Part shown: positions 1-11,400 of the stretch, one piece after another
How positions within the stretch are numbered: the stretch's first letter is position 1
Layout of the letters: each line of letters opens with the position of its first letter
Assembly (NCBI GenBank): GCA_964448295.1
Contig: CAYUVV010000001.1
Location: forward strand, 144,065-208,064
Origin: an uncultured Candidatus Saccharibacteria bacterium
GTDB taxonomy: Bacteria > Patescibacteriota > Minisyncoccia > Phycocordibacterales > JACOZG01
Reading direction: 5' to 3'
Length of the DNA: 64,000 nucleotides
Notes under the pieces: model-generated
The model's input: only the letters and a program-made list of their open reading frames with translations
Told to the model about the DNA's origin: nothing
Database searches by the model: none
Program-made: the position numbers and the translations under genes

Positions 1-253
1 TAACCCTGCGACCGTAATTCAGTTTGCGTTTTGCCTTCGCCGGTGTCGTCAAAAACAATTAATCCCTCCTTCCCAACCCAATCGAGCTCCCGACGCCAGT
101 CTTTGGTTTTTTCCACCAAGCCGTCAAAGTCGCTTTGGCCACGGTGTTCAGAAACAGGTAAATATAGTTTAACATGATGCCCTTCTTCCTTAAGCCGACG
201 CGCGAGGTCGGGTGCAATCATGTTGGGGGAGGAGACAAATAGGATATTCACCA
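1..253 (-). CDS. Partial CDS (N-terminal 84 aa; gene continues beyond window start). Rossmann-like N-terminus, GT-B glycosyltransferase-like or ATP-grasp pre-domain-like
   Basis: Reverse-strand ATG at 251-253 opens a frame reaching position 1: MVNILFVSSPNMIAPDLARRLKEEGHHVKLY...GLIVFDDTGEGKTQ. Not in ORF track because it is truncated. Confidence 0.3.
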
Positions 254-279
254 TAGTATGATATCATAAGCTTGGTTTT

Positions 280-1191
280 ATGGCATGGTTATTCATTTCT
301 TTGGTGCCGCCCTTTTTGTATGCGGCAACCAATCATATAGACAAATACTTGATTTCTCGCCAACTGGAGGGACGGGGAATTGGTGCTTTGATTATTTTTT
401 CTGGCTTATTCAGTGTTTTGGTTTTACCGATTATCTGGTTAATAGAGCCGGCGGCGGTGACACTTAATTGGCTAACCGCCTTGGCTCTCGCGGGCAGTGG
501 CTCGTTAACTGTTTTCAGCATCCTTTGCTACCTTTACGCGTTGGAGGATGATGAGACCTCGGTAGTCATCCCGTTTTACCAGACGATTCCTTTATTCAGT
601 TACGCCTTAGGGTTTTTAATTTTTGGGGAATGGTTGACGCGTGGCCAGCTTTTGGGTTCGGCGTTGGTTTTAATTGGCGCTTCCGTGCTCGCCTTTGATT
701 TGGAGAACGGAGCAAGGCGTTTTCGCAGGCGAGTGGTTTTTCTGATGCTGTTGGCATCTCTGCTTTACGCCGTCAACGGCGCTATCTTCAAATTTTTTGC
801 GCTAGATTTTGGTTTTTGGACCTCGCTTTTTTGGGATTTTGCGGGCAAGGTCGGCGTAGGATTGGCGTTTTTGTTTTTAGTCGCCAGTTATCGCCGCGAA
901 TTTTTAGCGGCGTTTCAACGGAGCCGTGGGGCCGTCTTTGCGCTTAATTCTACCAGCGAAGTTCTAACCATTATCGCTGACTCGCTCGCCGGTTATGCTT
1001 TCCTCTTGGCGCCCATTGCTCTGGTGTCCGTCGCGCTGTCTGGCTTCCAGCCGGTATTTGTTTTTGTTTTGGGGATTCTGTTCACTCTGTTTTTACCCCG
1101 CCTAGGCCGAGAAACGATTACGAGGCGCGCGGTGGTTCAACGTTTCTCGGCCATCGCGCTTATTCTCGCCGGCACGGCTTTTTTGGGTTAA
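280..1191 (+). CDS. DMT-superfamily (EamA-like) membrane transporter
   Basis: 303 aa, about 10 predicted TM helices in two EamA-like halves. Confidence 0.65.
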   Translation: MAWLFISLVPPFLYAATNHIDKYLISRQLEGRGIGALIIFSGLFSVLVLPIIWLIEPAAVTLNWLTALALAGSGSLTVFSILCYLYALEDDETSVVIPFYQTIPLFSYALGFLIFGEWLTRGQLLGSALVLIGASVLAFDLENGARRFRRRVVFLMLLASLLYAVNGAIFKFFALDFGFWTSLFWDFAGKVGVGLAFLFLVASYRREFLAAFQRSRGAVFALNSTSEVLTIIADSLAGYAFLLAPIALVSVALSGFQPVFVFVLGILFTLFLPRLGRETITRRAVVQRFSAIALILAGTAFLG

Positions 1192-1355
1192 AATTTTTGG
1201 TGTGAATCGTCAAACTAAAATTTTGTGGCTTTTGCTTTTGCTGGCAGTGATTGCTTCAATTTCCATTACTTTTTACCAAACGGTCATTCTAAAAAATTTC
1301 GACGTGATCGAGACCGGGGTGGAGGAGTAATGATCGACCGCGTCTAAAACCAGAT

Positions 1356-1553
1356 ATAATCCGAGGATTTAAGACGGCCGCTATCACGTATATTACCAAT
1401 CGTCGCACTTGCGTCTCGGCAAAGATTGGGGCGGATGGTAAAGTTCGTGTGAGAAACACGGAGGACCCCCACAAAACTGAATTGGTCTTTTCGATGGAGG
1501 AGTGGCGTACTTTTATCGCCGGTGTACGGAGTGGAGATTTTGATCCGGAATGA
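1356..1553 (+). CDS. DUF397-like small protein; start codon uncertain (non-canonical ATA/ATC start or disrupted gene)
   Basis: Open frame 1308-1553 translates to ...FKTAAITYITNRRTCVSAKIGADGKVRVRNTEDPHKTELVFSMEEWRTFIAGVRSGDFDPE. This matches the DUF397 pattern W-KSSYS..G.CVEVA...V.VRDSKDP.GP.L.F...W..F...V..G.FD. No in-frame ATG lies upstream of the conserved region. A strong terminator follows. Confidence 0.3.
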   Translation: MIRGFKTAAITYITNRRTCVSAKIGADGKVRVRNTEDPHKTELVFSMEEWRTFIAGVRSGDFDPE

Positions 1554-1578
1554 TTCGAGCGCGTTGCTTCAGATTCGA

Positions 1579-1624
1579 GCCCTTCTCCCAACCTTGTTGG
1601 GGGAGGGCTTTCTTTTTATTTTTG
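1579..1624 (+). terminator. Rho-independent terminator
   Basis: GCCCTTCTCCCAAC-cttg-TTGGGGGAGGGC stem followed by TTTCTTTTTATTTTT. Confidence 0.6.
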
Positions 1625-1762
1625 AACAATGGAGATAATCAGTTCTATAGGAATTAAAGGTTTGCTTAATCGGAGTGGCAAAAGCTCCGCTTTGGCGATC
1701 TTTTTGAGCGGCCTGACAGGAGACAAAGATTTTGAGCTTTTTCTTACGGCCGAGCATGTTTT

Positions 1763-2170
1763 TTGGGCCAAGAAATTTGCACAATGCGATTGAGTTTTGT
1801 TGTTGATGAGTCCAACGAGATGAGTTTGAAGAAATTCGTTAATGATTTTGGATGGAAGAAGATTTTAAATTTAATGAAAATAGCGGAGTTTATGTTTCTA
1901 ATCGCGGGGGAAATAATAAGTAAACGATTCTATGAAGAGTGTATAACCTCGCCCGATACTACATCCGAGCTTTCTGGTGCGTCTTACCCTGTGTTAGTTG
2001 TCGCTGCTGATGACGGCGGTTTGCCCGACGCGCAAGTGTATTGGAAATTATTGCAAAACAAGAACAGGTCCAAATTTTTGCACATACCGGGGGCGGACCA
2101 TGTTTTTTCTGGTGAAAAATTTAGAAAAGCGTTGTTTGAAAAAACTCTCGCTTTTATCAAAAACGTTTGA
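1763..2170 (+). CDS. Hypothetical protein resembling the C-terminal part of an alpha/beta hydrolase (dienelactone-hydrolase-like His region); N-terminal nucleophile region absent
   Basis: PVLVVAADDGG...HIPGADHVF motif; only 135 aa, no GxSxG region. Confidence 0.35.
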   Translation: MGQEICTMRLSFVVDESNEMSLKKFVNDFGWKKILNLMKIAEFMFLIAGEIISKRFYEECITSPDTTSELSGASYPVLVVAADDGGLPDAQVYWKLLQNKNRSKFLHIPGADHVFSGEKFRKALFEKTLAFIKNV

Positions 2171-2185
2171 TTTCGTTGTCTTAAC

Positions 2186-2737
2186 CTAACTCGTTCCGTT
2201 TTTCAATTTATTAATTTTCTCCTGCAAGTACCACTGGAAATACCCGTCGTATTTTTTCTGCAATTCTGGAATTTTCCATCCCTCTTCATCTATCATTTTT
2301 CTACAATTTCCTGATCCACACCGGCATTTCATTTTAAAATAGACAGTGCTTTTGGGATTTGAATGTATTATCATTGCATAATCATACAAAATCTCCTCTC
2401 CCGATATGATATCTCGCATTGCTACCATAAAAACTTGTCCCTTAAATCCGGCATTGGGGTTACAGCTGTGGTTTACATAATGCTGTGGCATCAGGGGTAT
2501 ATCAGATGGTGTTCTTGGCCCGATTGAATAGTTTTCTGATATTTCTATTGGCTTGTCGGACACCTCTCCGATCAAATTATTTTCATCATTTATATCTAAA
2601 ATGTATCCACCCATAACAAAAAGTATTTCGCCTTTTGCAATTTCTCTTTTGGCAAACACCCCCTTGCCATATTTATTTGTTTCCCGGATCTCTAATTTTT
2701 TGTTCACCCAAGAAAAAGGTCTTTTTCCTTCCCTCAT
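2186..2737 (-). CDS. SET-domain protein (putative protein-lysine methyltransferase)
   Basis: GKGVFA...KGE N-SET region, NHSCNPN motif, EEILYDY, post-SET Cys cluster CRCGSGNC. Confidence 0.65.
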   Translation of the reverse strand: MREGKRPFSWVNKKLEIRETNKYGKGVFAKREIAKGEILFVMGGYILDINDENNLIGEVSDKPIEISENYSIGPRTPSDIPLMPQHYVNHSCNPNAGFKGQVFMVAMRDIISGEEILYDYAMIIHSNPKSTVYFKMKCRCGSGNCRKMIDEEGWKIPELQKKYDGYFQWYLQEKINKLKNGTS

Positions 2738-2781
2738 ATTTAGAAAGATATTATATTGTATAATAAGTATATAATAGGATC

Positions 2782-4479
2782 ATGGGGATGTCTCTAACAG
2801 CCTGCCAAGACGCGCTCCCAAATCTTTTCGGGTTTGTCGATACATCTATTGCTCCACCTCTTTTGTTTTATTCATACGTACCCGCAATAATAGCGGCCTT
2901 ATTTTTTGGTTTTTTAGTTTTGTTTAAGGACTCTTTTTCAATTCGAGCTATCCTACTTGCTGCAATTTCTGTTTCTTTCTCGTTTTGGACAGTTAATGAG
3001 ATTTTGCAATGGCTAGTTGTCTACAACGAACTCATTTTTCTTTTTTGGGAGTTAAGCGCGATATTGGGAATCTCTTTATTTTATTTTTCCATCTTGTTTT
3101 TGAGATTTTTCGTGTGCGGAAAAAGTTTTTCGGGGCAGACTAATTTTGCTCTTTTTTTATCTGTGATTCCCGTGCTACTGTTTTCTTTTACCAAATACAA
3201 TATCGGGGCTTATGATTTAACAAACTGCGAAGGAGTCTATTTTGGTCCTCTGTGGATTTATATTTACTCTGTTGAGACGGTTATTACTCTGGCAATAATT
3301 TATCTTGGTTTGAAAAAAACTTTTGAGAAACGGCAACCAGTTGAAGAGCGACGAAAGGCGTTAATTGCCACCGTGGCCATAACGGCCTTCCTCGCCCTTT
3401 TTTCTTTTTCCGGCATTGTTTCTGATTTAACAGGCTGGTATGAGTTAACATTCCTTGGCCCCGCAGGGATGGTTATTTTCTTAGGGCTTCTGTCTTACAT
3501 GATGGTGCAATACCGCGTCTTTCGGGTTAAGGTTCTGGCCACGCAAGCGCTGGTTGGCGTTTTGTGGGTGATGATCGGCTCTTTGATTCTAGTCGCCCAG
3601 TCCGACCTCACCAAAACGGTGGCGCTGATTACCTGGTTGTTGTCCATTATTTTTGGGGTGATCCTTGTGCGGAGCGTGCGGCGCGAGGTTGCGCAGCGCG
3701 AACGGATTGAGGGGCTATTGAAGGAGCTGGGCAAGTCCAATGATCGGCTTTGGGTGGCCAACGCTCGCTTGAACGAACTTGATCGGCAAAAAACGGAGTT
3801 TGTGTCTATGGCCTCGCATCAGTTACGTAGCCCGCTTACCGCGATCAAGGGTTATTCTTCAATGTTGCTCGAGGGGTCGTTCGGCGAAGTGGGGGAAAAG
3901 GCGCGCGGGGCCGTCGAGCGGGTTTTTCAGTCGAGTCAAAATCTCGTTAACGTGATTGAGGACTTTTTGAACATTAGCCGGATCGAACTCGGTACCATGC
4001 ATTACGAGATGAGCAATTTTGATTTTTGCCAACTGGTGCGAGCGACGATTGACGAATTGCGCCCAGGAATTGAGAAGGAGGGCCTCCGGCTTAGTTTTGC
4101 TTGTGGGCCGGCGCATGCCGAGTTTCAGGTTAGCGGCGATTCCGGTAAACTCGGTCAGGTGGTAAGTAATCTCCTTGATAACGCGGCCAAATACACGCAG
4201 AAGGGTGGAGCAATTGACGTTCGATTAGACAAACGTGATGGCCTCATCCGCTTGACGGTCAAGGATACCGGCATTGGTATCGCTCCGGAAGTTATGCCCA
4301 AGCTGTTTAAAAAGTTTTCGCGCGCCGAGGAGGCGGGCAAGGTAAACATTCGTGGCACCGGCCTCGGCTTGTTTGTGGCCAAGCAGATTGTCGAGGCGCA
4401 TCAAGGTCGGATTTGGGCGGAGTCGGCCGGCGAAGGCAAGGGTAGCGCGTTTGTAGTGGAGTTGACGTCGGCGAAGTGA
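2782..4479 (+). CDS. Sensor histidine kinase with N-terminal multi-TM (7TM-like) sensor domain
   Basis: About 8 TM helices, then coiled coil, HisKA H-box SMASHQLRSPLTAIKGY, HATPase_c N/G boxes (DNAAKYT, DTGIGI, GTGLGL). Confidence 0.85.
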   Translation: MGMSLTACQDALPNLFGFVDTSIAPPLLFYSYVPAIIAALFFGFLVLFKDSFSIRAILLAAISVSFSFWTVNEILQWLVVYNELIFLFWELSAILGISLFYFSILFLRFFVCGKSFSGQTNFALFLSVIPVLLFSFTKYNIGAYDLTNCEGVYFGPLWIYIYSVETVITLAIIYLGLKKTFEKRQPVEERRKALIATVAITAFLALFSFSGIVSDLTGWYELTFLGPAGMVIFLGLLSYMMVQYRVFRVKVLATQALVGVLWVMIGSLILVAQSDLTKTVALITWLLSIIFGVILVRSVRREVAQRERIEGLLKELGKSNDRLWVANARLNELDRQKTEFVSMASHQLRSPLTAIKGYSSMLLEGSFGEVGEKARGAVERVFQSSQNLVNVIEDFLNISRIELGTMHYEMSNFDFCQLVRATIDELRPGIEKEGLRLSFACGPAHAEFQVSGDSGKLGQVVSNLLDNAAKYTQKGGAIDVRLDKRDGLIRLTVKDTGIGIAPEVMPKLFKKFSRAEEAGKVNIRGTGLGLFVAKQIVEAHQGRIWAESAGEGKGSAFVVELTSAK

Positions 4480-4492
4480 TACACTGCCACTA

Positions 4493-5737
4493 ATGCCATC
4501 GGTTTGTTTTTATTTCCAAGTCCATCAACCCTTGCGTGTTAAACGTTATCGGGTGTTTGACGTCGGTCGGCAAAAAGATTATTTCAACGAAAGCGGTGAG
4601 AACAATTTAAATAACGCGCGCATTTTACGGAAAGTAGCGGATAAGTGTTATCTGCCAGCGAACGCAGTTTTACTCGAGTTATTACAACGCCACCCAGAAT
4701 TTCGTTTTAGCTTTTCATTTTCTGGTTTGGTGTTAGAGCAGATGCATCGCTTTTATCCCGAGGCGCTCGATTCTTTTAAAAGGTTGATTGGCACTGGTCG
4801 GGTGAACGTTCTCGGTGAGACCTACTATCATTCGCTTGCCTTTTTTTATTCCGCTCCCGAGTTTGAGCGTCAAGTTAAAGCCCACGCCGACTTAGTTCGC
4901 CGCTTGTTCGGTGTTTCTCCTAGTGTATTCCGCAACACCGAGCTGGCTTACAACAACCATCTTGGCGCGTGGGCCGAACGGCGTGGTTACCGAGCAGTGC
5001 TCGCTGAGGGTTGGGATCATTATCTGGGTTGGCGGAGCCCCAATTTCGTTTATCGGCCGCCAGCGGCCAGAAAGATTAAATTGCTTTTAAAAAATTATCG
5101 TTTATCTGACGATATGGCCTTTCGTTTTTCGGAACGCACTTGGGCCGGTTGGCCGCTTGATGCTGACAAATTCGCCTCTTGGATTTCCGCCATCAACGGC
5201 AATGGAGAATTAGTTAATTTGTTTATGGATTACGAAACGCTCGGCGAGCACCAGTGGGCCGATACCGGTATTTTTGAGTTTGTCCGTCATCTGCCTGAGG
5301 CCATTTTTCGTCATCCTGACAATAATTTTTGCACAGTGGAAGAGGCGGCAGAACGCTATGTTGCCCGCGGAGAACTTGATGTGCCGCACGTGTTGACTTG
5401 GGCGGATACGGAGCGTGATCTCTCGGCTTGGCGAGGTAATGATATGCAAAAACACGCCCTGCAATATTTGTATTCTCTCGAGCCGTTGGTGTTGAAAATC
5501 GGCAATCCGGAATTATTAGAGGCCTGGCGCCGCTTACAGACTTCCGACCATTTCTATTACATGTGCACCAAATGGTTCGCAGATGGCGACGTCCACGCTT
5601 ATTTTAATCCCTACTCTTCTCCATACGAGGCCTTCATCTCTTACATGAACGCCTTAAATGATCTCGTTTTGCGTCTCGAATGTTTCCCCATCAACCGGCG
5701 ATCTGTTAAAATGAAGCGGACGGTCGTGCCGGTTTAG
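4493..5737 (+). CDS. Glycoside hydrolase family 57 (alpha-amylase / 4-alpha-glucanotransferase-like)
   Basis: N-terminal CFYFQVHQP motif typical of GH57; 414 aa. Confidence 0.7.
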   Translation: MPSVCFYFQVHQPLRVKRYRVFDVGRQKDYFNESGENNLNNARILRKVADKCYLPANAVLLELLQRHPEFRFSFSFSGLVLEQMHRFYPEALDSFKRLIGTGRVNVLGETYYHSLAFFYSAPEFERQVKAHADLVRRLFGVSPSVFRNTELAYNNHLGAWAERRGYRAVLAEGWDHYLGWRSPNFVYRPPAARKIKLLLKNYRLSDDMAFRFSERTWAGWPLDADKFASWISAINGNGELVNLFMDYETLGEHQWADTGIFEFVRHLPEAIFRHPDNNFCTVEEAAERYVARGELDVPHVLTWADTERDLSAWRGNDMQKHALQYLYSLEPLVLKIGNPELLEAWRRLQTSDHFYYMCTKWFADGDVHAYFNPYSSPYEAFISYMNALNDLVLRLECFPINRRSVKMKRTVVPV

Positions 5738-5758
5738 TAGTTTTATTTTCAATTTTTT

Positions 5759-6085
5759 ATGATGAAAAAGATTGTCGGTGTGAGAGGCGAACGCGTAAAT
5801 CGGAAAGCGACTCGCGCTCTCGCGGTGGCGAGTGAGAGTCAAGCGTTTTTCGTCAGTGGCGGGCCGGCCCTGCACACACTGGAAGAATTGGCTAATTTTT
5901 TTGAAGTTATCAGCAAGGAACAATATGATTATCACACCAAACGTGGCCAGAACGATTTTGCTTTGTGGGTGGAAAGCGTGCTTGGTGATTCTCTTGCCGC
6001 GGCGGGTTTGCGGCGGTCGCGAGCGGCCTCGAGCGCGCTCAAATTTTTGCGTCTTCATTTGAAGCGGCGCTATCAGTTAAATTGA
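5759..6085 (+). CDS. Hypothetical protein
   Basis: 108-aa ORF co-oriented between GH57 and GH15. The competing antisense ORF 5654-6058 is Arg-rich and low-complexity. Confidence 0.35.
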   Translation: MMKKIVGVRGERVNRKATRALAVASESQAFFVSGGPALHTLEELANFFEVISKEQYDYHTKRGQNDFALWVESVLGDSLAAAGLRRSRAASSALKFLRLHLKRRYQLN

Positions 6086-6101
6086 TGGCAACCATTAGTG
6101 T

Positions 6102-8099
6102 TTGATGGCCAAATCGCTCACTCTCGGCAACGGTAAAATACTTGTTAATTTTGACGAATTTGGTCTGGTGCGTGATTTTTATTTTCCGCGGGTGGGGTTG
6201 GAGAACCACGTCGGCGGGCAGTTTGTTCATCGAGTGGGGGTGTGGGCCGATGGTCGTCTGTCGTATTTGAATGACGGCAGTTGGCGCATCGAGGTGGATA
6301 GTGAGCCAGACACTCTGGCTGGGCGCGTAACGGCCCTTAATGCCGCGCTCGAGGTCGGCCTTCATTTTAGCGACGTGGTCTATAACGAGAAGAATATTTT
6401 TGTACGGAAAGTTACTCTGACCAATCTGGCCAACCGTTCGCGGTCGTTGCGTTTGTTTTTTGGTCAACAATTCGAAATCGGTGAGTCCCGCACCGCTCAT
6501 ACGGCCTACTATGATCCGATCCACCGCGTGATCATCCACTACCGTAATCAACGCGCCTTCCTTGTTGGTGCCCAGCTGGAAGGCAAAACCTTTGATGACT
6601 ATAGCACTGGCGTTTTTGCAGCGGAGGGCAAAGAGGGAACGCATCGCGATGCAGAAGATGGCCTGCTCGCCAAAAATAATATTGAACACGGTCAGGCCGA
6701 TTCCGTCATTGGTCTAACCGGCGAGTACTCGGTTGAAGAAACAAAAATTGGTTATTATTGGCTGGCCGCGGCTGAATCGCCACGCGCCGCGATTGCTCTC
6801 CATAACTATGTTTTAGGCAAGGGCCCCGGGCACCTTATTCAAACCACACGCAATTATTGGAAGGCTTGGGTGACGCGCCGCAATTTTTCCTTTCACGGCT
6901 TAAGCGCGCCGCAGGTGACCCTGTTTAACAAATCTCTTTTATTGATTCGCGCTCATGCTGACGAGGGCGGGGGAATCATCGCCTCGGGAGATTCCAATTC
7001 TTTGCAATTAGGCAAAGACACATATGCTTATGTGTGGCCGCGGGACGCCGCCTTCTCGGCTCTGGCGTTGGCGGAAGCGGGCGATAGCCATATTGCCAAA
7101 TCTTTTTTCCAATTTTGTAACCGGGTGATCAACGAAGGTGGTTACTTGATGCACAAGTATAGCCCGGATGGTTCGCTTGGCAGTTCTTGGCATCCTTGGA
7201 TTCGCGCCGGTCGGGTGGAATTGCCGATTCAAGAAGACGAAACCGCTTTGGTGATTTACGCCCTTTGGCGTTATTACGAGTTGAGCAAAGATCTGGAGTT
7301 TGTCGAGGAGGTTTATAACTCTCTCATCAAACGTGCCGCTGATTTTATGGTTTTGTATCGCGACGCCGAAACTGGTCTGCCGCGACCGAGTTATGATTTG
7401 TGGGAAGAAAAGTGGGGGGTAAGCACGTTCACGACCGCGGCCGTTTACGGGGCGTTAACAGCCGCCGCTCGCTTTGCCCGCCTGTTGGGAAAATTGAAAA
7501 GTGAAGATATTTATCGTCGGACGGCGGGCGAGATCCGTTCCGCCCTGCTTGAGACGCTCTACGACGGGCGGCGTGGCTCATTTGTTCGGTTGCTCGAAAC
7601 CGATGGCCGCCATGACCCGCAAGCCGTTTTTTTTGATCAAACAATAGATGCCTCCGGCGCTTATGGTGTTTGGGCCTTTGGGGTGTTGCCAGCTGAGGAT
7701 GGTCGTTTACGTCGGGCGATGGAGGTTGTGTTCGAGAGGCTCTGGTGTCGCGATGGGGTTGGGGGTATTGCCCGTTATGAGGGTGATGTCTATTATCGCG
7801 CGAGCGCCAAAGGTCCCGGCAATCCGTGGTTCGTGCCTACCCTGTGGTTAGCGCAATACCAACTAGCTCAAGCGCGGACGGAAGCGGAACTTACCCCCGC
7901 CAAAAACATTCTCGATTGGGCGGTAAAATATGCCAGCCACTCCGGAGTGCTGTCCGAACAGGTGCATCACGACAGCGGGCAGGCTCTCTCGGTGGCGCCT
8001 TTGGTGTGGAGTCACGCCGAGTACGTTCGCACCGTAATCCAATATCTCGATCGGTTAGAAATTTTGGGAATTTGCGACGCTTGCAATCCCGTGAGCTAA
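6102..8099 (+). CDS. Glycoside hydrolase family 15 (glucoamylase / glucodextranase-like)
   Basis: 665 aa with N-terminal beta-sandwich and (alpha/alpha)6 catalytic domain signatures, including YVWPRDAAF. Confidence 0.8.
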   Translation: MMAKSLTLGNGKILVNFDEFGLVRDFYFPRVGLENHVGGQFVHRVGVWADGRLSYLNDGSWRIEVDSEPDTLAGRVTALNAALEVGLHFSDVVYNEKNIFVRKVTLTNLANRSRSLRLFFGQQFEIGESRTAHTAYYDPIHRVIIHYRNQRAFLVGAQLEGKTFDDYSTGVFAAEGKEGTHRDAEDGLLAKNNIEHGQADSVIGLTGEYSVEETKIGYYWLAAAESPRAAIALHNYVLGKGPGHLIQTTRNYWKAWVTRRNFSFHGLSAPQVTLFNKSLLLIRAHADEGGGIIASGDSNSLQLGKDTYAYVWPRDAAFSALALAEAGDSHIAKSFFQFCNRVINEGGYLMHKYSPDGSLGSSWHPWIRAGRVELPIQEDETALVIYALWRYYELSKDLEFVEEVYNSLIKRAADFMVLYRDAETGLPRPSYDLWEEKWGVSTFTTAAVYGALTAAARFARLLGKLKSEDIYRRTAGEIRSALLETLYDGRRGSFVRLLETDGRHDPQAVFFDQTIDASGAYGVWAFGVLPAEDGRLRRAMEVVFERLWCRDGVGGIARYEGDVYYRASAKGPGNPWFVPTLWLAQYQLAQARTEAELTPAKNILDWAVKYASHSGVLSEQVHHDSGQALSVAPLVWSHAEYVRTVIQYLDRLEILGICDACNPVS

Positions 8100-8106
8100 T
8101 TGTTAG

Positions 8107-11359
<3,253 letters not shown>

Positions 11360-11400
11360 TTGCCGAGGCGATAATTAAATGCTAAAATAGTCTGCTAAAC

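Noticed and set aside
1289-1784. Minus-strand ORFs 1289-1591 and 1569-1784
   Set aside because: Ser/Arg-rich low-complexity translations. The plus strand carries a DUF397-like frame and a plus-strand terminator.
5654-6058. 134-aa minus-strand ORF overlapping 5759-6085
   Set aside because: Arg-rich low complexity. The plus-strand ORF is co-directional with the flanking hydrolase genes and has a cleaner composition. Neither is proven.
6039-6689. 216-aa ORF on minus strand
   Set aside because: It lies entirely antisense within the well-supported GH15 gene, with low-complexity composition.
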